From Candidatus Bathyarchaeia archaeon (GTDB lineage: Archaea > Thermoproteota > Bathyarchaeia > Bathyarchaeales > Bathycorpusculaceae): 64,000 bases of DNA. The position numbers were made by a program, and so were the translations under genes. The stretch covers positions 1-64,000 of the forward strand of contig JAVZLK010000001.1 of NCBI GenBank assembly GCA_038883795.1. Direction: 5' to 3'. Of this stretch, positions 19,704-27,686 are shown piece after piece. The notes beneath the pieces are model-generated. The model did not search any database, had not been told where the DNA came from, and saw only the letters and a program-made list of their open reading frames with translations. Numbering within the stretch: the first letter of the stretch is position 1; each line of letters opens with the position of its first letter.

Positions 19704-20567
19704 TTGCGTGAAGTGGGGCGGTTCGATGATTTAGAACTTGAGCAGTCTGCCAACTTTTTATGGGTTAAACGTGTCATCCAGTACGTAGTGAATCGACAGA
19801 ACGAAGACGGCGGATATACTTTCTGTCAAGGCATCGAATCAAATGCACAAGATACCTATTATGGACTTGCAATCTTAGACTTGTTAAACTTTCCATTTCC
19901 AAATGTTGAAAGGACCGTTAAGTGGTTACACGACTTTGTTCCAGACAATCTTTATTCACATTATTATGTGGCTAAAGCCTTAAAATTGTGCGGTGAAAAA
20001 CCCGAAAAAAATCTTAAAGATTTCATACTTTCTCTACCCAGCGTCAAAGGCGAGTTTGGAACAGTTGATGTTTATGTTGAAGTCGCTTCAGAATTTCTAC
20101 TCACTTTCATGACGACCGAGCTTATTAAAATTGTGGGCTTAGAAATTGAAAGCAAAAAACTCGCAGATTGGTTGTTAAGCTTCAAAAATAAGAACGGTGG
20201 TTTTGGAGCTCACAGACACTCAAATTTGAATTCCACCTATCACGCTGTGGCTTCACTTTTCAACCTTGGCTATCCGATCAAATCTCTCAGGGACACTTTG
20301 AGTTATGTTAGAGCTTGTGAAAAGCCATTTGGAGGCTTCACGGTTGTGCCACATGCTTCTACACCATACATGGAACACATATACTATGGAACGTCAACGC
20401 TTAATATTCTTGGCGAGCGCTTGAGATACCCAAAGCAAACAGCAGAATTCGTTCTTAAATGTCAAAATGCAAACGGCGGATTTGCAAGATCTGACATTGG
20501 GATATCTACTTTCGAAGATACTTTCTACGCCGTTAATGTATTAAAAACAATCAGTGCGCAGTGGTGA
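19704..20567 (+). CDS. prenyltransferase/squalene-oxidase-repeat protein (class II terpene cyclase fold, COG1689-like)
   Basis: Repeated QNEDGGY, KNKNGGF, PFGGF, QNANGGF units each followed by TY/TF.A helices; start uncertain. Confidence 0.82.
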   Translation: MREVGRFDDLELEQSANFLWVKRVIQYVVNRQNEDGGYTFCQGIESNAQDTYYGLAILDLLNFPFPNVERTVKWLHDFVPDNLYSHYYVAKALKLCGEKPEKNLKDFILSLPSVKGEFGTVDVYVEVASEFLLTFMTTELIKIVGLEIESKKLADWLLSFKNKNGGFGAHRHSNLNSTYHAVASLFNLGYPIKSLRDTLSYVRACEKPFGGFTVVPHASTPYMEHIYYGTSTLNILGERLRYPKQTAEFVLKCQNANGGFARSDIGISTFEDTFYAVNVLKTISAQW

Positions 20568-21331
20568 TTTACATGAGCCTTGACGTAACGTATTTCCGTA
20601 TTGAAAGGATGATCAAAAGCGGCGCAGAATGCTTCTTATGCGCACTTGAAGATGAAATTGAAAGAAAATACATAGACGCCTACCTTTCCGAGCTTGTAAT
20701 GGATAGTAAAGCAAGAGAAAAAATCGTCGAGAGCAGAGGATTTTGCAACCACCACTTTTACAGAATGCTGATCGCCGCAGGCAAACCAGAAAGCCCAGAC
20801 GGCCACGGAATAGCCCTAATCAGCCAAGACATCATTGAAAAACTCATTCAAGACTTGCATAAACAAAAGAAAAACCGTGAGAAAAATTTCCATCAAAAAG
20901 AAAGCATAAGAAACTGTCCAGCATGCGTGTATATGGCTAATCTCATGAAAATTTGCAACAAAAAGATCGTGAAGCTTCTTTCATTAAACCAGAAAGAGTT
21001 TCTTATGCTCTTCAAAGATTCTGAAGGACTCTGCATCCCACACTTTACAGCACTAATCAACGCATTAAAAGAGGTTTTGCATAGCAAAAATTGGGAAGCC
21101 GTTGAAACTATTATAGAAATTGAAGAAAAAAATCTTCGACGGTTGGGCTCAGAACTTGCTGAGTATATAAGAAGACAAAGCTACGAGTTTTCAGACCAAG
21201 ACCGCAGAGCAGTAGAAGATGTCCTCTTAAGAAGCGTTCAAAAGATGGTTGGCAGACGAGGATTGAAGCTTAGAAATGTTTCTGTTAACCGTATGAGGAA
21301 AAAGAATGTTCAGCCGCATAGTTTTAAATAA
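20561..21331 (+). CDS. DUF6062-like Cys/His metal-binding protein
   Basis: Two internal repeats: CFLC...GFCNHH and CPAC...GLCIPH. Confidence 0.7.
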   Translation: MVIYMSLDVTYFRIERMIKSGAECFLCALEDEIERKYIDAYLSELVMDSKAREKIVESRGFCNHHFYRMLIAAGKPESPDGHGIALISQDIIEKLIQDLHKQKKNREKNFHQKESIRNCPACVYMANLMKICNKKIVKLLSLNQKEFLMLFKDSEGLCIPHFTALINALKEVLHSKNWEAVETIIEIEEKNLRRLGSELAEYIRRQSYEFSDQDRRAVEDVLLRSVQKMVGRRGLKLRNVSVNRMRKKNVQPHSFK

Positions 21332-21626
21332 AAAAGACAAATCAGCAATAACAGAAGTGTTTCTTGATCATTCAACCTATGAAAAATTCAAAGCGTATAT
21401 GGCTGAGAACAATCTAGACGAAAGCAGTGCACTTGTTAAGGTATTGGAGCGTGGAATGACAAACTATTGGTTACAGGAATTCAAGCAAATGAAGAAAAGT
21501 TACTTGCACATGAAGAAATTGTTCAGAGAATACAAAAAAGACAATGAAACCTTGAAGGCTTTAGAGAAAGAAAACGAGCAACTAAGAAAAATGCTGAATG
21601 AAATGACTACAGAGGATGAAACATGA
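21306..21626 (+). CDS. hypothetical protein (RHH-like N-terminus + coiled coil)
   Basis: Overlaps both neighbours; EVFLDHSTYEKFKAYM..ESSALVKVLERGM pattern. Confidence 0.6.
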   Translation: MFSRIVLNKKDKSAITEVFLDHSTYEKFKAYMAENNLDESSALVKVLERGMTNYWLQEFKQMKKSYLHMKKLFREYKKDNETLKALEKENEQLRKMLNEMTTEDET

Positions 21627-22129
21627 AGATTAACAAGAATTTTTCCAGTAAAGAATGGTCTCCAAAACCTCATCCAAATGACCTTATTGGTGCTTTGGAA
21701 GCTATTGAAAACCGCGAAAAAGTTCACATAAAAGTTACCATTCCATATAAAGCCGCTGAAAAATTAAAGCAGTTTCTAAAAGAGAAAGGAATCCTTGGAA
21801 GCCAAGGCATCCTCCTGCTTATTCAACATGGTCTTTCAAATGAAAGTGAAGAAGAATTGGAGAGCCTAAAAAACGAGATGAAATCAAAAGCTGCTCAAAA
21901 CCTATGGGGAGAATACGCTGTTATGAAATTCAGAACTTATGAGTACTTCATGGAAAACAAAGTCATGACAATGAAACTTTCCAGTATGTTGTATGAAAAT
22001 AAATCATTAAAAAGAACGCTTAAAACAAAAGGCTTGCAAAAGTTTATTTCAGAAGATGAATGGGACAATTGGAACAAATTAAAAATAGATGGCTTCTACC
22101 GCAAATATGTCTTTACAAGTCACCTCTAA
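21623..22129 (+). CDS. hypothetical protein (RHH-like + coiled coil)
   Basis: ATGA-coupled start; IKVTIPYKAAEKLKQFLKEKGI pattern. Confidence 0.6.
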   Translation: MKINKNFSSKEWSPKPHPNDLIGALEAIENREKVHIKVTIPYKAAEKLKQFLKEKGILGSQGILLLIQHGLSNESEEELESLKNEMKSKAAQNLWGEYAVMKFRTYEYFMENKVMTMKLSSMLYENKSLKRTLKTKGLQKFISEDEWDNWNKLKIDGFYRKYVFTSHL

Positions 22130-22212
22130 ATTCCGAAGGCTTTTAATTTATTCCTTATAACGGAAGAAACAATGTGGCTATATACAAGAAATAAAAGTAG
22201 TATAAATTAGAG

Positions 22213-22290
22213 GCTCCGGTAGTATAGTCCGGTCAAGTATTGTGGCCTCTCGAGCCACGGACCCGGGTTCAAATCCCGGCCGGAGCACCA
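22213..22290 (+). tRNA. tRNA-Glu(CTC), intronless, CCA encoded
   Basis: Acceptor GCTCCGG/CCGGAGC, anticodon arm GTGGC-CT-CTC-GA-GCCAC, T-loop GGTTCAAATCC, ends ACCA. Confidence 0.97.
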
Positions 22291-22381
22291 AATTGGTTGT
22301 ATATTGATGGTGTTTGTATTTATTGGTAGATAACAAAATTTATATTAAGTATTGCGATAAAAGACATTTTGGTGTTAACTG

Positions 22382-22702
22382 TTGGGAGGACCTTCCGAAC
22401 GTGAATATGCAGAAAAGCTTGGCAAGATAAAACAGAAATTGAATCAAAAAGTTGGAGACGTCAGAAAGCAGTTTGAAAAGATTGAAAAGGCTAAGGTGGA
22501 TTTGCTGAAGAAAACGAAAGAGATGAAACACGACGCTGAACGTGAAGTGGTGAAAATAGAAAATGACATAGTAAAATCCAAAGATTTAGCGCCAGAATCC
22601 AAAAGAAGACTTCGCTTGGAGATTGATGCACTCAAAAGCGAAATCCGAGAACGCTACGCTGAAATAGAAGCGCGAATTGCTGAAGCCATTGCGCCAGTGT
22701 AA
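22382..22702 (+). CDS. coiled-coil hypothetical protein
   Basis: Charged heptad-rich ORF, TTG start with GGTG SD. Confidence 0.7.
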   Translation: MGGPSEREYAEKLGKIKQKLNQKVGDVRKQFEKIEKAKVDLLKKTKEMKHDAEREVVKIENDIVKSKDLAPESKRRLRLEIDALKSEIRERYAEIEARIAEAIAPV

Positions 22703-22733
22703 CCGAAGATTTGTTGCAAGGGCTAGATTTTGA

Positions 22734-23138
22734 ATGAGGAAAATTCTTCGGAAGCAGAAATCTGCATATGCGCTTAGTTTAATATTTTGTCTATTGGGAA
22801 TAATTGCCTTTTCAGCTGCTTTATGGAAAACGTATCCCTACCTGTCTTCAAGTGAAAATCCGTTTTCAACTTTTTTATCGCTTCTTTGGACAGAAAAAGT
22901 AACTCTAATTTCATGGTTTGAGTTTAGACTCGTCTACCTTTTTATTTTTGGGGATGTGATGCTGGTTGCGGGAGTGATATTGTGGGTTTTGAGTCGGCAA
23001 TGGTTCATTATTCCAGGAAAAACTGTGTGGTATCAGTGTCCTTTCTGCAAAAAGAAGTGGAAGTCAACAGGAGACAAAGCCCTCGTCCATTGTCCTCACT
23101 GCCGTCAACTGGTTCATCCACAAATTGCCGAAAAATAA
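22734..23138 (+). CDS. two-TM membrane protein with C-terminal zinc ribbon
   Basis: Two TM helices, then CPFC...CPHC. Confidence 0.72.
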   Translation: MRKILRKQKSAYALSLIFCLLGIIAFSAALWKTYPYLSSSENPFSTFLSLLWTEKVTLISWFEFRLVYLFIFGDVMLVAGVILWVLSRQWFIIPGKTVWYQCPFCKKKWKSTGDKALVHCPHCRQLVHPQIAEK

Positions 23139-23264
23139 ACTCGCACACTTTTAGTAAATTTCATAGGCGGGCCATTTGCTCAATGGGAAAGTAATATGCA
23201 AATGAAACATGTGTGAAAGTTGAAGTAAACGTAAACGTATAATCTGTTAATTGGTGGTTAGTGT

Positions 23265-24002
23265 TTGAATTCTTTAATTAAGGCTATGTATGAAAGACTG
23301 GCTAACTTTATGGTTAGAAACATTGATTTTCGTAAAATATCCATTATTCTTGAAGCTGGATGCGGAAGTGGACAGTTAACAATTCCATTTGCCAAAAATG
23401 TTAAGGAAATTCTGAAAGAATTCAAATTGATTGCCCTTGATGTTTCGGCTGGACCTTACAAGGGAAACTTGGAAGCGCTGAAAAAGCGGATAACAAAGGG
23501 AGGACTGGAAAAGTTTGTTATGCCTCTTAAGGGCGACGTTAGGAACATAAAAGCTATAGAGAACGAAAGCGTGGATTTAATAATTTCAAACGAGCTTTTC
23601 TGCGACCTTAACAGAAAAGGGCTTGAGAAAGCTCTTAGGGAATTTTATAGGATTTTAAAGCCAAATGGGCAGATGGCGCATGGAGAGCTTAATCCAGTTG
23701 CGGAAAATGCTGCTCAAAAATTGCTTATTGAAGCGGATTCTTATTCTATGGAAACCTTAACTCAAAAATATGAATGGTTTTCACCCTTCTCCGATGAGGT
23801 AGTCACACTTATGCATATAATAGGTTTCAAGGACATCACTGTAAAATATTTCGAAACAAATGTTCACCTGTCTTTCAATGAGGCAGTCAAAAAATTAGAA
23901 GAGTGGAATGTTAGCCCAACTTTTATTGAAAAGCGCATGGAAGAGCTTAAGAAATACGGCTTGGAGTTTCCAATGGAGCATATTATCTTTTGCAAAAAGT
24001 AA
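23265..24002 (+). CDS. class I SAM-dependent methyltransferase
   Basis: ILEAGCGSG, GDVRN..ESVDLIISN, RILKPNG. Confidence 0.88.
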   Translation: MNSLIKAMYERLANFMVRNIDFRKISIILEAGCGSGQLTIPFAKNVKEILKEFKLIALDVSAGPYKGNLEALKKRITKGGLEKFVMPLKGDVRNIKAIENESVDLIISNELFCDLNRKGLEKALREFYRILKPNGQMAHGELNPVAENAAQKLLIEADSYSMETLTQKYEWFSPFSDEVVTLMHIIGFKDITVKYFETNVHLSFNEAVKKLEEWNVSPTFIEKRMEELKKYGLEFPMEHIIFCKK

Positions 24003-24020
24003 GATGTAGAAGCTTTGCCT

Positions 24021-24173
24021 TCAATATCTTACGTAGACTTTGCCGCCTAACTCTTCCATGGCCAACTTCAATTTTTCAATAGCTTGCCTCATTTTCACGG
24101 TTGCAACTTCTTGCCAACCTTTCGAACCGTTTGGAACTTCTACCTCAATAACGCATCGGTACTTCTTACTCAT
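24021..24173 (-). CDS. small 50-aa protein MSKKYRCVIEVEVPNG...GGKVYVRY (below ORF-track cutoff)
   Basis: SD GAGGT upstream of ATG 24173; open to TGA 24021; amphipathic beta-alpha-beta pattern. Confidence 0.6.
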   Translation of the reverse strand: MSKKYRCVIEVEVPNGSKGWQEVATVKMRQAIEKLKLAMEELGGKVYVRY

Positions 24174-24366
24174 GGTTAAACCTCAACAGTCCTCATTTAG
24201 ACTTGTCAAGGAAAGAAGTATTTAATGGGTGTGAATTTTGAGTATGAATCTATTATATTTGAAAGTCAGATTCTGAATTCACATTCACCAAATTGTGTAA
24301 TGTAGCATTGGTGTTAGAAAGCTTTAATTAAATCAGCCTTTGTCATTTGAACTATATGGGAATGTT

Positions 24367-25404
24367 ATGGCGAGGCTTGGTGAGTTAAAACTGGCGATGG
24401 GAACATCTATATTTCTTGTAGCCCTAATCTTCGCCCTATTCCTTTCCGCAATAATGTTTATCATCGGGCTTTCTTTAATTTACGCAGTAATCGGCACAAT
24501 ACTCTTCATACTAATCCAATACCTCATAGGACCAGCCATCGTCAGCGCTTCCACACGTCTACAATATTTAAAGCCCGGCGAAAATCCATGGCTTGAATCC
24601 ACAGTGAAAGAGTTGGCGGACAAAAGCGGCATACCAATGCCAAAACTAGCCATTGTGCCAGACGAAACGCCTAACGCTTTTGTTTTTGGAAGAACCGCCA
24701 ACAGCGCCACCCTAGCGGTTCACGAAGGACTTTTGAAGAAATTGAACCAAGAAGAAGTTAAAGGCGTGATTGGTCACGAGTTGGGGCACATAAAGCATAA
24801 GGATTACATAATAATGACAATTGTTTCCGCCCTGCCATTACTTGCTTACTTAATTGCACGGGGGACATGGGAAGCGGCAAGATGGGCACCAGCATCATCA
24901 AAGAAGAAGGAAGAAAGCAGCATAAAAGCAGCCTTTTTCGCCATTGCAATAATCTCCTATGTAGTTTACATAATTTCACTCTTGTGCGTCATGAGGCTCA
25001 GCAGACTCCGCGAGCATTATGCAGACGCATACTCAGCCTATGTAACTGGTTCGCCTCGAAGTTTACAAAGTGCATTGACAAAAATCACTTATGGATTGTC
25101 CCTTTCGCCAAAACCGCCATCAGGAGCTAGAGCCTTCTACATAGAAGACCCAGCATTGGCAAAACAAGAGATTCAACCAATAATTGAGAAAAAGGCAGAG
25201 TACGATTTGGACAAGGACGGGGTGCTTGATGAGAGAGAATTGGAAATAGCCATGGAGAAAGAGGCCAAATCCACATGGGTGAAAATTAACACCTGGTTTG
25301 CGACACATCCGCCCACGTTTAAGCGCATACTATTGTTACGGGAGATAGAGCGGGAAATGGAAAGCGGAAGATACACGGCAGACCGCATATATGCGCATGT
25401 TTAA
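24367..25404 (+). CDS. htpX: HtpX/M48 zinc metalloprotease with EF-hand-like loop
   Basis: PNAF, HELGH, SRLREHYAD, THPP; DLDKDGVLDERE insert. Confidence 0.92.
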   Translation: MARLGELKLAMGTSIFLVALIFALFLSAIMFIIGLSLIYAVIGTILFILIQYLIGPAIVSASTRLQYLKPGENPWLESTVKELADKSGIPMPKLAIVPDETPNAFVFGRTANSATLAVHEGLLKKLNQEEVKGVIGHELGHIKHKDYIIMTIVSALPLLAYLIARGTWEAARWAPASSKKKEESSIKAAFFAIAIISYVVYIISLLCVMRLSRLREHYADAYSAYVTGSPRSLQSALTKITYGLSLSPKPPSGARAFYIEDPALAKQEIQPIIEKKAEYDLDKDGVLDERELEIAMEKEAKSTWVKINTWFATHPPTFKRILLLREIEREMESGRYTADRIYAHV

Positions 25405-25407
25405 CCT

Positions 25408-26079
25408 TCAACTGAGACGTTTAGAAACATAATCAAGCAAAGCCCTTGTCTCATCCTTTTCAAGGCTTAAGCGGAAAAGTCCATCAACCCAATAATTGGC
25501 TAATTTCAGAAAAACAGAATCTACATCTTTAACCACATAAACAAGGAGACACTTTACTTCGGCATTCCAACGTTTTAAAATTGCAAAAGAAGCCAAAGCC
25601 GTTTTTAACCTTGCAGAGTCAAGCTCCATTTTTGCATCAAAAACAATTTTTGGCTCAATAAAGCCTTTTGCTTTCTTTCCTATGGCAACATCAAACTCCA
25701 TAGAATAGCATTCATCACCCTTTCGCCAAACCAAACATTTTTCTCCCCAAAAAATCTGCAAAGGCTCAGGAAGGCGAATTTTTGTTTTTAGCAAACGATA
25801 AATGTACTCTTCAAAGGCGTAGGCCCGAAATTTTCCGAAAAATTGGGCGACGCCAATTTCTTTCTTGTTTTCTTGAATAATTTTTGTAAAAGTCAAGAAA
25901 TCTTGTAAGTTTAGGGTTTTGGTCCATTTAGCGTATTGAACTGCAAGCTCCTTTCCAAGCAACTGTTTCTTTGTACTGTTGCTTGAACGGAGTTGGTTTA
26001 TGTAGTCAACAGCCTTTTTAATCCTTGACACTTTATGTGCCTCAGCTTTTTCTGGGCAAAACAGATTTATTACTTTCAT
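25408..26079 (-). CDS. PD-(D/E)xK restriction-endonuclease-like protein
   Basis: AFEE helix, EFDVAI..., FDAK motif arrangement. Confidence 0.55.
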   Translation of the reverse strand: MKVINLFCPEKAEAHKVSRIKKAVDYINQLRSSNSTKKQLLGKELAVQYAKWTKTLNLQDFLTFTKIIQENKKEIGVAQFFGKFRAYAFEEYIYRLLKTKIRLPEPLQIFWGEKCLVWRKGDECYSMEFDVAIGKKAKGFIEPKIVFDAKMELDSARLKTALASFAILKRWNAEVKCLLVYVVKDVDSVFLKLANYWVDGLFRLSLEKDETRALLDYVSKRLS

Positions 26080-26104
26080 GCTAAAGTGAAGTGGGGTCTA
26101 ACAG

Positions 26105-26803
26105 TTGAAAGTTAAGCTTCTCCGATATACAGCAGACGCGGAACTCTTATGTGGAACTGCGGCCTTAACATCATCAAAAAGTGGAAGCCCCTCAGAAATT
26201 TTTGAAAAAATGGACCAGGAAACGGCTAAACGCATTATAAAGCGGGTTACTGGTTATGGACATGTTTCAGTCATTGAACACGCGTCTTTCACTTTCAGTA
26301 TTGAAGGTGTTTCAAGAGCCATGACCCACCAGCTTGTCAGACACAGAATAGCCTCATACACGCAACAAAGCCAACGCTATGTCACCTATGATACTTTGGA
26401 AAAGTATGTGACGCCGCCAAGCATAGCAAACAAAGCCGAAGCAAAGAAAGTCTTCGAAGAGACATTAGAAAGAATTTCCGAAGCTTACAAGGAACTTTTG
26501 GCATTGGGAGTTCCAAAGGAGGATGCAAGGTTCATTCTTCCAAACGCAGCCAAAACAAACATAATCGTAACCATGAACGCCCGAGAACTAAGACACTTTT
26601 TCAATTTGCGATGCTGCAGGCGCTCCCAATGGGAAATAAGAGAGGTGGCAACTGAAATGCTCAAACAAGCAAAAAAGGCTGCGCCTATACTGTTTGAGAA
26701 TGCTGGACCATCCTGTGTTGAACTTGGCTACTGTCCAGAAGGAAAAATGAAACCTCCAGAATGCAACGTGGAAGAAATAAAGAAACAATTCCAAGCCCTT
26801 TAA
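26105..26803 (+). CDS. thyX: FAD-dependent thymidylate synthase
   Basis: GH.SV.EH, RHRIASYTQQSQRY, EDARF.LP, QWEIR. Confidence 0.96.
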   Translation: MKVKLLRYTADAELLCGTAALTSSKSGSPSEIFEKMDQETAKRIIKRVTGYGHVSVIEHASFTFSIEGVSRAMTHQLVRHRIASYTQQSQRYVTYDTLEKYVTPPSIANKAEAKKVFEETLERISEAYKELLALGVPKEDARFILPNAAKTNIIVTMNARELRHFFNLRCCRRSQWEIREVATEMLKQAKKAAPILFENAGPSCVELGYCPEGKMKPPECNVEEIKKQFQAL

Positions 26804-26836
26804 GCGTTTACAAAGCTTTTAGATTAGGCATTTAAT

Positions 26837-27679
26837 ATGGTTAAATATAAAGTCTTAGCAATAACTACGAAATATTGGAGACCAAGAGAAAATTATTTAG
26901 AAGAAATTTTGGAAAGTGTTAAGGGTAAAGTGAGTAATGGGGATTTTGTTGTTATATCAGAGAAGGCGATTTCTACAGCCTTAAACAACATCATTGACGA
27001 AAACCGTGTTAAGCCAAATTGGAGTGCAAAGTTAATCGCTAAATGTTGGATGCGCATAGTGTGGGGCTATTTTCTTGGACCATTATGCCATTTTCGCGGA
27101 AAACTGCTCCATTATTTGCGTCATTATCCATTGGAGATGGGAAGCCGCCATAAACAAGTTGCCTTGCAGTATGCTGGGTTTTTGCAAGCTTTAATGTTTG
27201 GTTCCGAAGGCGGCATAGATGGAAGCAATTTGGCTTATTCCTATGTGAGTTTGCCATTAAATAATGCTGCTGGCATAGCTGAGGAAATACGCAAACAAAT
27301 TCGGCTGCGGTTGGGAAAGAAAGTTTCCGTGATGATTGCGGATACTGACAAAACCTTTTCGTTCAAAAATTTTCGTTTCACCCACCGCCCAAAACCGATT
27401 AGTGGTATTCATTCTTTTGGGGGGTTTATGGCTTATGTTGTTGGGCGAATGTTTAAGTTGAGGAAAAGAGCGACGCCCATTGCAGCGGTTGGATGTAAAA
27501 TATCGGTTGAAAAGGCGTTGGAAATAGCTGAAATTGCAAATCGCTCCAGAGGTTTTGGTGCTGGAAGAACGGTTTGGGATATGGCTGAAAAGTTTAAGGT
27601 TGGATTAAATGAGGTAAGCTGGGAGATGCTGGAAACGGTAAAACATAAACCTATAGTTATCGTAAGACCCGAAAGGTGA
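26837..27679 (+). CDS. coenzyme F420-0:L-glutamate ligase-like protein (CofE family)
   Basis: DFVVISEKA, GGIDGSN, V.IADTD, PIVIVR. Confidence 0.72.
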   Translation: MVKYKVLAITTKYWRPRENYLEEILESVKGKVSNGDFVVISEKAISTALNNIIDENRVKPNWSAKLIAKCWMRIVWGYFLGPLCHFRGKLLHYLRHYPLEMGSRHKQVALQYAGFLQALMFGSEGGIDGSNLAYSYVSLPLNNAAGIAEEIRKQIRLRLGKKVSVMIADTDKTFSFKNFRFTHRPKPISGIHSFGGFMAYVVGRMFKLRKRATPIAAVGCKISVEKALEIAEIANRSRGFGAGRTVWDMAEKFKVGLNEVSWEMLETVKHKPIVIVRPER

Positions 27680-27686
27680 AAACGAT

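Noticed and set aside
19500-24200. Integrated element at tRNA-Glu
   Set aside because: No integrase and no duplicated tRNA fragment (att site) found on either side
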